Position numbers and translations under genes: made by a program
Source of the DNA: Candidatus Thorarchaeota archaeon
GTDB lineage: Archaea > Asgardarchaeota > Heimdallarchaeia > Hodarchaeales > Hodarchaeaceae
Direction of reading: 5' to 3'
Length of the DNA: 32,000 nucleotides
Assembly (NCBI GenBank): GCA_048882505.1
Contig: JBHLRO010000005.1
Coordinates: 180,001-212,000, forward strand
Part shown: positions 9,851 to 18,732 of the stretch, one piece after another
Layout: every line of letters starts with the position of its first letter
Numbering within the stretch: position 1 is the first letter of the stretch
Notes under the pieces: generated by a model
Databases searched by the model: none
Told to the model about the DNA's origin: nothing
What the model saw: only the letters and a program-made list of their open reading frames with translations

Positions 9851-10423
9851 TTGATGCTTACAAAAGTTAACGGAAAAACTGCTCTAGGAGACATTATGCG
9901 TTATCCACCTCTGGTTAACATTCTTCAAGATGCAGGATTACAGCTAGTTGGTTGCTCCCTACCCTTGGATATGTCGCTAAGGAGGTTCTTCAAGGCCCAA
10001 GGTTTGCCCTCCGATAAGCTGGATTCAAGCCTTTCTCGGCTGAATGAGGCTATTGAAGAATTACACACGCAATTAAACACGGATGCAGTAATTGGTAACA
10101 TAACGATTACCGAGATGGCCGCTGAGAAAATAACACAATTCTTGAAACAGAAAAACGAGCTAGATGCGGGATTACGTATAACAGTGGTTCCAGGTGGATG
10201 TTCTGGCTATCAATATTACCTTAAGGTAGACAAAGCCCGAGAAGATTATGATGTGGTCTTTTCAATGAACGGAGCTCATGTAATTGTCGCAAAAGCTGAC
10301 ATCCCCTTGGTTGACAACTCTATTCTTGACTTTAAGGAAAGTTTAACCTATGGCGGAGGCGGTTTCATGCTTGATAATCCCAATGCAAGATCCACATGTG
10401 CATGTGGACAATCATTCGCGTAA
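9851..10423 (+). CDS. A-type Fe-S carrier (HesB/IscA/ErpA family) with N-terminal DUF1858-like domain
   Basis: C-terminal GLRITVVPGGCSGYQY and NPNARSTCACGQSF supply the three conserved Cys. The N-terminal ~75 aa (LGDIMRYPPLVNILQDAGLQLVGC...L.RLNEAI) resemble DUF1858. Confidence 0.88.
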   Translation: MMLTKVNGKTALGDIMRYPPLVNILQDAGLQLVGCSLPLDMSLRRFFKAQGLPSDKLDSSLSRLNEAIEELHTQLNTDAVIGNITITEMAAEKITQFLKQKNELDAGLRITVVPGGCSGYQYYLKVDKAREDYDVVFSMNGAHVIVAKADIPLVDNSILDFKESLTYGGGGFMLDNPNARSTCACGQSFA

Positions 10424-10513
10424 GCTTCCAAAATCTCCTTTTTTCTTTTTGTTTTTCCCGGATTATAACCGAATTAGCGAAATATGTAGTTAACATGGCA
10501 AGGGAAACTATGG

Positions 10514-11011
10514 CTATTCCCCTAAATCCCAATGATATATTTTTTCGCCTTTGTACATAAACTTCGCCTCAAAAAACTCGTCAGTTTCCAGTATTCTAGG
10601 AGTAAAGATACGATCACCTTCCCACATTTGAGGATACGGGATTTTTTCGAATGGAATCCAGTGTAATTCGCCCTCTGGATTCTCGATCACCCTTTTCTTT
10701 TTCACTCTTGCTGAATACAAGAACACCAACCAGTTAAATGGAGGAAGATCTTCTGATTCCTTGTCTCGGTTGATTTCATCAAAGTAAATGTATCCCCGAA
10801 ATTGGACATCCTGCGCTGAGAAAGTATAACCAGTTTCCTCCCTAATTTCGCGCAACACGCACTCAAGAGGGGTTTCTCCAGCTTCCAACCTTCCGCCAAT
10901 ACCTATATAACGATTTTGATGAAAATCGTTTGGCTTCTTATTGCGAAAAAGCAAAAGCACTTCTCGGCCATTTACTATATAGGCTAAAGTAGCTAATTTA
11001 TGAGGTATCAT
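10514..11011 (-). CDS. NUDIX hydrolase, 8-oxo-dGTP diphosphatase (MutT/MTH1-like)
   Basis: Nudix box GGRLEAGETPLECVLREIREETG, plus EGELHW and MWEGDRIF, typical of the MutX/MTH1-like group. Confidence 0.9.
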   Translation of the reverse strand: MIPHKLATLAYIVNGREVLLLFRNKKPNDFHQNRYIGIGGRLEAGETPLECVLREIREETGYTFSAQDVQFRGYIYFDEINRDKESEDLPPFNWLVFLYSARVKKKRVIENPEGELHWIPFEKIPYPQMWEGDRIFTPRILETDEFFEAKFMYKGEKIYHWDLGE

Positions 11012-11073
11012 GTAATAGGTTGTATATGTTGTTGGGCTTTATACTTTCACTATTGATTGAAACGTGTTATACT

Positions 11074-11553
11074 TTGGCAAATAATAAGATAAAAGACCTA
11101 TACATAAGACAATTGTCTTTAAGTGACATCAAGGATATGGTGAGAATAGAAGAAAAGTGTTTCCTTGAAAGGTTTAGGTTTAATGAGCCAATTCTAGTTT
11201 CGCTAGTCACTCGCGCAGCACATGGAACTTCATATGCAGCAGTATCCGAAGGGAATCTTGTTGGCTTTATCATTGGTAATATTGTGCACGATGTCGGCAG
11301 AATTGCAGAAATTGTAACAGTACAGGTTGAGCCTGCACTCCATCGGAACCATATTGGTCAAAGATTACTATTATATTTGGAAACTGAATTGAGGAAGTAC
11401 TACGAGATTAACACAATAATGCTTCAAGTTTATTACAGGAATAAAGGTGCCATCTCCTTTTATGAGGCAAACGGATATCTCCTTGAAAAGAAAATAAGAA
11501 ACTATTACGGGAAAAAAGATCACGCACTCCTTATGAAGAAGCTCTTAACCTGA
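11074..11553 (+). CDS. GNAT family N-acetyltransferase (RimI-like)
   Basis: IVTVQVEPALHRNHIGQRLL acetyl-CoA motif and NKGAISFYEANGY...IRNYY...ALLM. Start moved to the in-frame TTG at 11074, because the track's 11020 start leaves only 8 nt to the divergent NUDIX gene. Confidence 0.88.
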   Translation: MANNKIKDLYIRQLSLSDIKDMVRIEEKCFLERFRFNEPILVSLVTRAAHGTSYAAVSEGNLVGFIIGNIVHDVGRIAEIVTVQVEPALHRNHIGQRLLLYLETELRKYYEINTIMLQVYYRNKGAISFYEANGYLLEKKIRNYYGKKDHALLMKKLLT

Positions 11554-11568
11554 TCATAAGAGTTAACC

Positions 11569-12735
11569 TTATGGAATATAGGTATATAGGGCAAAATCAA
11601 TTCTCTCTCCATCCCTACCCAAAAGGGTATGATACTCAATACTTGGCAGTTTCTCAAAAGCTATAACAACCTCGATCTTGCCTATCCTTTCCATTCCCAG
11701 AGACTTAGTTCTATGAAATGCGTATATGGAAAGACGTGGCGGATTCGGATCATCTAGGGGAAAATAAGACGCAAATACCACCATGGGGACCTGGGGAATG
11801 AAGGCTTCTTTGGAACTAGGAAAATGAATTAAACCTCTTTGAGGATATTTCTGCGTCACGCGGTTCTTGAAGTGGATTCTAAGAAATATCTGTTTATTAT
11901 AGGCGGTTAGGGTGAGTAATCTTATCTTGAATACGGCTACTTCAGGAATAAGAAAAGGACGAAGTAACCTGAAAATGGTTTTATGCCTAAGAACCCGTAA
12001 ATGCGTTAAACCAACTGTGATATTTATAGCATCGGAGAGTGGCACGAATTTCCTAGCAAGAGTTCCCGCTTGCCGTAATCTAATCCCTGGGTATTTCAAT
12101 GTCCCGATATTAACCAAAGTTAACCTGTAAAGTTCCTTTTCTGTTGTTTCTGCATTCATATCTTCAAGATAGTCAAGCTGCTGATTTATTTGGGAATCGC
12201 TAACTTCTAGGTTTCTTATATTAGCCAAAGTTCCTAAGTAGTTGGCTTTATGGTGAGGAGATTCTATCATCGCCAGTATACGTATGTTGCTATCGGCTCC
12301 AGCTATGAATTTTGAATAAAATCGGGCCGATAATCCACCAGAGGAGTTAGTAATCATTGAAATGCGGTACGCTTTCGTTATCTTCCTTATATCGGCAATT
12401 ACCTTCCCCAATTGCTCTGCGTTCTCAATAAAACTCAAGTTATTTGAGAAATCGATTGAAAAGATTAGGCGAAATCCGAAGTACCACAACTCGCGGGCCA
12501 GCCAATTGAAAATTCGGTGGTCCTTACCTATCCCATGGATCAATAGAACTGGCTCATAAAATCTTGATTTTGCGGGAGGAATATGCTTCCCTTTGGGATC
12601 CTCGTCCCAAAGATAAGAAAAACGCCATAAACGGAGTGATGAATCAATAGAAATCCAAAAGTGATCAAGTTTCGCCAACCGTTCTGTTTCAGGTGTGATG
12701 TCCTTAAATCGGGGCGGTTGAAACTGACGAGTCAA
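11569..12735 (-). CDS. Alpha/beta-hydrolase (lipase/esterase-like) fused to a beta-rich C2-like C-terminal domain
   Basis: PVLLIHG oxyanion motif, nucleophile elbow variant ITNSSGG, SPH motif and distal His (GLTHL). aa ~266-388 show alternating beta-strands. Confidence 0.7.
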   Translation of the reverse strand: MTRQFQPPRFKDITPETERLAKLDHFWISIDSSLRLWRFSYLWDEDPKGKHIPPAKSRFYEPVLLIHGIGKDHRIFNWLARELWYFGFRLIFSIDFSNNLSFIENAEQLGKVIADIRKITKAYRISMITNSSGGLSARFYSKFIAGADSNIRILAMIESPHHKANYLGTLANIRNLEVSDSQINQQLDYLEDMNAETTEKELYRLTLVNIGTLKYPGIRLRQAGTLARKFVPLSDAINITVGLTHLRVLRHKTIFRLLRPFLIPEVAVFKIRLLTLTAYNKQIFLRIHFKNRVTQKYPQRGLIHFPSSKEAFIPQVPMVVFASYFPLDDPNPPRLSIYAFHRTKSLGMERIGKIEVVIAFEKLPSIEYHTLLGRDGERIDFALYTYIP

Positions 12736-13062
12736 ACATTCATCTCACAAGATTAGAATAAAAACTTGGAATTTGAATCCTTAATCGGAGATCATAAATT
12801 GATCATCGCCAGGGAAATGTGCGAATTCTCGATTTTTTTAATCTTTTTGTTGGATTAACCATTTTAATGAAAACATTTATTCATTCTATGCTCACCAATT
12901 TGAATATAAATTACTAAATGCAGTTTCGATTAGTATTCAACAAGGATGACTGGACTTGTAAGCAAGCTGAAGATGAGTTATGTTGATTTAATAATTTTAG
13001 GAAGATTTTAAACGATAGTAGAGAAAACCTCTGCGTTCAAAAATTATTTAGACGGAACTAGA

Positions 13063-13425
13063 GTGCCCATGTCGGATGAAGAATCTTTCAGTCTCGGAAA
13101 ATTAACACCAAGGGTTTTAGCAGAATGGTGGCAGGAATCTTACAACCAGATTAGATTGATGCATCCTCACGAATCCCAAGAATTTCACGAAAAATTAACG
13201 GAGCGGCGTGTCCAAACACGCATTGATGAATATCATGCAAATCAACATACTGTACCACAGCCCAGCGAGGAACGAATTGCAGACTGGTATGCTACTGAAC
13301 TGGCCAAGCTTCGTCGTTTCATTCGATCTATTCCTTTGAAAGAAAGGGAGCAGTTAGCAGCGGAACGAGTTGAGGCAAGGATCAGGTTATGGCGAAAACA
13401 ACGCCAATTAGATGAGTTTTTTTAA
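13063..13425 (+). CDS. Hypothetical helical protein made of two internal repeats
   Basis: 120 aa. LAEWWQESYNQIR...EKLTERRVQTRIDEY versus IADWYATELAKLR...EQLAAERVEARIRLW. The true start may be ATG 13069. Confidence 0.7.
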   Translation: MPMSDEESFSLGKLTPRVLAEWWQESYNQIRLMHPHESQEFHEKLTERRVQTRIDEYHANQHTVPQPSEERIADWYATELAKLRRFIRSIPLKEREQLAAERVEARIRLWRKQRQLDEFF

Positions 13426-13475
13426 TTGAAAAAGCGATTTTCTTAAATTTCTCTACTTTCGAGGGTAAGATCACA

Positions 13476-14192
13476 ATGACGGAAAGATTGTACTTCTCTG
13501 ATTGCTATATAAACCAATTTGATACCATAATCACAGCTATTGATGCTCACGGAGCCGTTTTGGAACAGACTGCTTTCTTTCCCCAAGGCGGAGGCCAATT
13601 GGGGGATCAGGGGCAGCTAAGAATAAATTCAGAAGTCTATGAGGTCAAGAGAACAGGTGAGAAAAAGGGGGAAATTATCCATGAACTGAACACTGTGGAG
13701 AGTATCCATATCGGAGCTGCTGTTCACGGGATATTGGATTGGAGACGGAGATACCAAATGATGAGAATGCACACGGCTCAACATTGTATCAGTAGATATT
13801 TTCAGGTGAATTACGGCGCTCAAACTGTTAGTAACCAGCTGGGTATTCGTAAAAGTCGCCTTGATTTTTTCCCTATACAAAAACTCGCTGAACTCGATAG
13901 AGTGATTGAGGAAATCAATGAGATCATCAAAAAAGGGATAAAAGTTTCTTTCGATATTCAACCCCGAAAAAGGGCAATCAGCTTTTTGAAAGCGAATAAC
14001 TATCAGATTAAATATTTGGAAATGGTTCCTAAGCACGTCAAGGAGTTTCGAATTGTATCAATAGGGGATTATGATTTTGCAGCTTGTGCAGGTACCCACG
14101 TCCGCAATACGAGAGAAATTGGCGAGATCTACCTTGAAAAAATTATAAATAAAGGACAAAATCGAGAACGAATTTATTATTCATTAACCTAA
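13476..14192 (+). CDS. alaXM: Alanyl-tRNA editing protein AlaX-M
   Basis: TERLYFSD, TAFFPQGGGQLGDQG, and zinc-binding HTAQH and CAGTH motifs; 238 aa. Confidence 0.93.
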   Translation: MTERLYFSDCYINQFDTIITAIDAHGAVLEQTAFFPQGGGQLGDQGQLRINSEVYEVKRTGEKKGEIIHELNTVESIHIGAAVHGILDWRRRYQMMRMHTAQHCISRYFQVNYGAQTVSNQLGIRKSRLDFFPIQKLAELDRVIEEINEIIKKGIKVSFDIQPRKRAISFLKANNYQIKYLEMVPKHVKEFRIVSIGDYDFAACAGTHVRNTREIGEIYLEKIINKGQNRERIYYSLT

Positions 14193-14407
14193 ACAGATTT
14201 TTGTCTAAACGAAACATACAAAAGGAGGATTGTTACGGCTAAGGATGCTAACCTCGATAATTTCAATATAGAAATTAATTTCACTCCTGTTAATTTATTA
14301 CACTAGGTTAAAATAGCATGAGCTCAACGCCATCTCCGTATATTAGAATCTTTGAGAGAGTTCAGAATACCATAGCGTCAATCAAATTGGATTAAACGAA
14401 GGTATAG

Positions 14408-16348
14408 ATGGTGACAGAAGCTCTTTCTGATGTTGGGTATGATTGTCAACTCTCCTCAAATGTGATTGTACGTAATCCAACTCATTCTTGGTTTAAAGAC
14501 TTCCTTCAACCATATTATATTATAACAAAAGATCATCAGTATCTTTTTGGTTCTGTCCAGACAGGAAGAAGACCTGATAGAGTCTATTATATGGTCCCAC
14601 GGGGTTATCGTCTGGGAGCTGGCCAGAAGGCATTTGATCCAGAAAGGGGAAAAAAGCTATACGAAGTCGTTCTCGGGTATCTTCGAGACGAAAAGATACC
14701 CTGCATCGTTATGGATGGTATTCAGGGAGAAGCCGATTATGAGGTAGGCATTAGAACCACTGTAAGCGTAAAAAACCACCATTCAGCCTATATAGCCTGG
14801 ATGGGAAAAATGATGACATTTCCTCCCAAAATAAATCAAAATATCCATTGTTGGAACTTCATCGTACAAGAACAGCTTCCTTTGTTCTATATCAACGAAA
14901 TACGTGATTTTTGGCCCAATTTTGATCCTAATGAACCAATCTCCCTTTTTGACCTTACTGGAATGGATCAAAATAGAAGACGCGTCTTGAATTTAAGAAT
15001 CGATTACTTCGGAGGAGCTTTTAAAAAGCCTAATCTAACCTTAGTCTGGAATAAGGCGGAATCAGACGGGTTTATTTCTTATCATGCGGGAATGACTAAT
15101 CATCGTGTACTGAAGGGACTTTCCGGTACTGGAAAAACTACTCTAACCGTGGGGCCCGAACTACAACAAGATGATGCTGCAATCGGTAAGATTTGCAGGA
15201 ATTCCCAAGGGAATAAGGTGGTTCAGGTTCAGCTTATCGGTTTAGAAGCGGCGTCATTCGCTAAATCAGCAGATTTGGGACCAAAAAGCCCCGAATGGCC
15301 AGGTTTAATGAAATCAAGTGAAGTTACCCAAGAAGGCGAACGTCCAATCGTTCTGGCAATGAACATTGACTGCGAGAACGTAAAGTATCAGCTGAAAAGG
15401 ATAAACGGATATGTTGTAAAAGTCCCAGTAGTTGAAGCCGATCAGTCTCCAGGCTCATTACTGTGTCGCCAATATCACAAAAGCGGTACAACAAACGGCC
15501 GCTTTATCTTCTCCTTCAAGGCATTGAATCCAAAATGGGGACAAAATTCTCACCCTCGAGATTTACGAACCATTGTATTAGCCATGAAACGATTTGACTA
15601 CATTCATCCTTTGTTTCGAGTCGTTGATCCAATTATCGCTGTTGCGTTTGATTCTGCCGTTGAATCTATTATTACATCGGCAATTGCTGCCAAAAAACCT
15701 GGTACGAGAGTAAGAAGCTATGCTGCAACTGACTTCATGGCACGAGAACAAGCACAACAAGCTCTTCTCAAACTCGAGATATATAGGGATCTTGGACTGG
15801 GATTGGATGGAAAATTGGCATTCATAATCTTAAACACCGGAGCCATTGGAGAACATGACATAAATGGCAATCAGATTCGGTTGACAGATGAGAATGGCGA
15901 GTTTATTCAGAAGATTGACCACAGAACAGGACTTTTACTTAAAAACGAGCTCGGAGAACCTATTTGGCAAGGTTCAGGGCGTAAAATTCGTGTATCACAT
16001 TCTAAGAGGCTCTTACAGCTAGCCGAAGAGCGAAAAATACAGAATTGGCTTCCACACCCAGTTTTTGGCGATCGCGTCCTATTGCCCGATCCGTATGAAT
16101 TAGAAGAATCATTCGGCATTAAGGGTTTTGGGAAAGCATTTAACCGATTAAGATATTATACGATAAAAGAATTTCTCGCATTTGTAAAACGTGACATTAA
16201 AGAAAGAAGTGAATTCTTACACAAGCTTTTCAAAGGTCAGGAAGGAGAAGAGGATCTCAGAGAAGTGATCAACGTTTGGGATTCATTCAAACTGCCCCCA
16301 CCCGAGACGATTGAAGCTTTTTATCGGAATCACTATTGGAATTACTAA
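14408..16348 (+). CDS. pckA: Divergent phosphoenolpyruvate carboxykinase, ATP-dependent-type fold
   Basis: TGRRPD (cf. TGRSPKD), FGGAFKK (cf. YAGEMKK), SYHAG, P-loop GLSGTGKTT, QQDD, TTNGRF (cf. TENTR) and ILNTG. Confidence 0.8.
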   Translation: MVTEALSDVGYDCQLSSNVIVRNPTHSWFKDFLQPYYIITKDHQYLFGSVQTGRRPDRVYYMVPRGYRLGAGQKAFDPERGKKLYEVVLGYLRDEKIPCIVMDGIQGEADYEVGIRTTVSVKNHHSAYIAWMGKMMTFPPKINQNIHCWNFIVQEQLPLFYINEIRDFWPNFDPNEPISLFDLTGMDQNRRRVLNLRIDYFGGAFKKPNLTLVWNKAESDGFISYHAGMTNHRVLKGLSGTGKTTLTVGPELQQDDAAIGKICRNSQGNKVVQVQLIGLEAASFAKSADLGPKSPEWPGLMKSSEVTQEGERPIVLAMNIDCENVKYQLKRINGYVVKVPVVEADQSPGSLLCRQYHKSGTTNGRFIFSFKALNPKWGQNSHPRDLRTIVLAMKRFDYIHPLFRVVDPIIAVAFDSAVESIITSAIAAKKPGTRVRSYAATDFMAREQAQQALLKLEIYRDLGLGLDGKLAFIILNTGAIGEHDINGNQIRLTDENGEFIQKIDHRTGLLLKNELGEPIWQGSGRKIRVSHSKRLLQLAEERKIQNWLPHPVFGDRVLLPDPYELEESFGIKGFGKAFNRLRYYTIKEFLAFVKRDIKERSEFLHKLFKGQEGEEDLREVINVWDSFKLPPPETIEAFYRNHYWNY

Positions 16349-16387
16349 AAAACTGCATGTGGTTCCAAAAGATATGAAATGCCTTCC

Positions 16388-17473
16388 TTAAGAGATTAGG
16401 TTGAGCGCTATTTCTTGACTAAAATAGAGTTTTAACCAACCAAGAAGGTTACTCCAAAAGGGATTTCGCTGGAAGATCGAGCGAGGGGCGACGATTTCTA
16501 TCCTCTTTGGAGGAGAGTGCAATTTCAAGTAGAATGATTTCAGAATAGGAGTGAATTTATCTTCGTTTTCTACAATGGCAACTGTACGGTAATTTAGATT
16601 CGAAGGAAAATTGGAGTTGTTGCCATTGGAAGACATTGCAAATTTGATCTTAAATTTCCGACTGTTCAGTGAAAGAGGCTCGAGAATGAAATGATCTGTG
16701 TTACGTTTTATGCCCTCTCCACCAAATTTATCTTGAATGCTTTTGATAGAACGTAACATAATATGCGTTTTCTGAGCATGTTCAAACTCCAAGTTTTCAA
16801 CGGAGTTTTGCATTGATTCCTCTAATTCTCTGACAAAGACTTTGTTTTTCCCGGAGAGAACCTTTATCAGATCTTTATTACCTCGAAACGTTTTTACATT
16901 ATGGCGGCACTGATTCACGCATAAATCCAATTGGTTTTCCCAGCAGGACTTGGAGGAGGAACGGGATGGACAGATACAAAAGCGAAATAGTTTTCTGAGG
17001 CCAGTAAGACGCTCTATGAGTTCCAGGTAATAGAGATTAATACGGAAGAAAGTTTCTGACTTTGAAATGCGATCATAATCTTCACCCCGGACACAGGCGA
17101 TATGCGGATGCGGATCTTCACGAATAATAAGGTACGAGAATGCTTTGGGGTGCACACCTTTCTTATTAAACATTGGTTGGTGCACCCAGATTTCTTTTTC
17201 TTCTGCGCTAAACGCTTCTTCAGCAGTAGAATAACATTGATATTCCAAGAAAGCTGACTGAGATATCATAACCAGTTTCCTATGTTCTTTGTTGCTATAT
17301 TTACGTAAATGCTGTGCAATGCGTTTTTGGAGATTTGAGGATGCTCCAGTATATAAAATTTGATTATAGTCGGATAGAAAACGGTAAACACCGGGCTTGG
17401 ATGGAATGTTTCTGTAACAATGGGGTTGTATGACGAGACGGGTGTAACCAGATGACATAGGAGGGAAACTCAT
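16388..17473 (-). CDS. GIY-YIG nuclease, UvrC N-terminal/Cho-like
   Basis: IPSKPGVYRF...LYTGASSNLQKRI, catalytic-helix Glu (EAFSAEEKEI), four-Cys cluster (CICP...CWE...LCVNQC) and UVR-like MQNSVENLEFEHA. No UvrC RNase H or HhH C-terminal half. Confidence 0.82.
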   Translation of the reverse strand: MSFPPMSSGYTRLVIQPHCYRNIPSKPGVYRFLSDYNQILYTGASSNLQKRIAQHLRKYSNKEHRKLVMISQSAFLEYQCYSTAEEAFSAEEKEIWVHQPMFNKKGVHPKAFSYLIIREDPHPHIACVRGEDYDRISKSETFFRINLYYLELIERLTGLRKLFRFCICPSRSSSKSCWENQLDLCVNQCRHNVKTFRGNKDLIKVLSGKNKVFVRELEESMQNSVENLEFEHAQKTHIMLRSIKSIQDKFGGEGIKRNTDHFILEPLSLNSRKFKIKFAMSSNGNNSNFPSNLNYRTVAIVENEDKFTPILKSFYLKLHSPPKRIEIVAPRSIFQRNPFWSNLLGWLKLYFSQEIALNLIS

Positions 17474-17652
17474 TTTGGGAGGCCATTAGATTTTCCGATT
17501 AAAAACGAAAATTCGCAATGTTTATTTACTCGAGCTAAGGAGGGAAATAAGAAAGGTTTAATAACGATTCCTATGGTAATGAAAACAGGGAAGAAAAACG
17601 AATTACCTAAAAATGTCCCAAGAATTCAAAAGAAGCTATAAGAGGAACAGAA

Positions 17653-17796
17653 ATGTCTGAAGATGAGAAACAAAAGATACCTGATGATCTAAAGAAAGAA
17701 CTCTTGAAAAAAACCGGAGAAGATGGCTATCACTCAATTGAAGACGCCAAGGCAAAACTCGAGGGAAAAATCCCGACGAAAAAGAAGGACGAATAA
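17653..17796 (+). CDS. Small charged hypothetical protein (47 aa)
   Basis: Manual translation MSEDEKQKIPDDLKKELLKKTGEDGYHSIEDAKAKLEGKIPTKKKDE*. GAGGA RBS upstream. Below the ORF-track length cutoff. Confidence 0.6.
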   Translation: MSEDEKQKIPDDLKKELLKKTGEDGYHSIEDAKAKLEGKIPTKKKDE

Positions 17797-17851
17797 TCCT
17801 TCGTGAATATCCAGGATCGCTGTTTTACACAATCACAGATCTCTTTTTGAG

Positions 17852-17882
17852 GGGAGAGGCCCTGGTTTTTTTTGGGTCTCCC
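17852..17882. terminator. GC-rich imperfect hairpin with T-rich loop between convergent genes
   Basis: GGGAGAGGCCC-TGGTTTTTTTT-GGGTCTCCC, preceded by a T-tract. It lies between the 47-aa ORF (+) and the stop codon of the KaiC-like gene (-). Confidence 0.45.
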
Positions 17883-17886
17883 GTCC

Positions 17887-18606
17887 TCATGAGGGTAATT
17901 CGACATTTGGGGAGATTACAATTCCTTTTCCGGTAATCGAGAACGGGAATATCCCTCGTTTGTGGTTCATTCCTCGCATTTTCACCACTTCAATTCCTCG
18001 TTGTCTTTTTGCTCCTTCACGTTCATTATACAAGCGGATGATACCAGAGGCCAAGAATTCTTCAACAGTATAGTTGGCTGTACCTGGACGTTCAGCGATA
18101 GCCAAGGTAGTCACGCCAAATTTGCCAATAACTTCGAATAATCGAAGAATATTATATCTGATTTCACGAATGTTTTCAAATAGTAATGAAATAATCGTCA
18201 AGGGATCAATTACCATTCTTTGTGCGTCAATTGACTTAATCGGCTCTCGTATCTTTAAAATCAATTCAGGGAGATCTATTGTACCCGTAGAAGGGGGAAG
18301 TTCCAATTTTCCTTGACCAAGTGCATGGCTGTAGCTGAAATCAAGGAATCGGAAATTCCCATCATCTTCATATTTCTGTAGGTCGTAACCGAACGCTTTC
18401 TGTGTTAAATACAATTCCTTCTTTGATTCATTGAATGATACGTATATCCCGTTTTCTCCTTTTTGGATTCCCTTGACAAGGAACCCTACTGAAAGACAGG
18501 TTTTCCCAGCCCCTGGCTCACCTGAAAGAATTATAATCCAGCCCTTCGGAATTCCGCCCATAAGGAGTTTATCTAGACCTTCTAATCCAGTTTTGATAAC
18601 TTCCAT
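17887..18606 (-). CDS. KaiC/RAD55-like RecA-superfamily ATPase (single domain)
   Basis: KTGLEGLDKLLMGGIP, Walker A GEPGAGKT, RMVIDPL, EEFLASGIIRL and EVVKMRG. Confidence 0.92.
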   Translation of the reverse strand: MEVIKTGLEGLDKLLMGGIPKGWIIILSGEPGAGKTCLSVGFLVKGIQKGENGIYVSFNESKKELYLTQKAFGYDLQKYEDDGNFRFLDFSYSHALGQGKLELPPSTGTIDLPELILKIREPIKSIDAQRMVIDPLTIISLLFENIREIRYNILRLFEVIGKFGVTTLAIAERPGTANYTVEEFLASGIIRLYNEREGAKRQRGIEVVKMRGMNHKRGIFPFSITGKGIVISPNVELPS

Positions 18607-18732
18607 TGCTTATACCTCGAAATTTCAAGGGCCGAAGTTATGTGTCTTGATATCATGTATTTGGATATACTGTTGCAACATGATTACACAGGTAGCTTAA
18701 AAACCCTCCCAAATTAATCAAAATTACCCTGT

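Noticed and set aside
14318-14395. 25-aa in-frame upstream ORF before pckA (leader peptide or readthrough)
   Set aside because: Two in-frame stops separate it from pckA, there is no clear RBS, and there is no telling codon bias.
17887-18606. KaiC-like gene as a circadian clock component
   Set aside because: Single-domain archaeal KaiC/RAD55-type ATPase with no kaiA/kaiB nearby; a common family.
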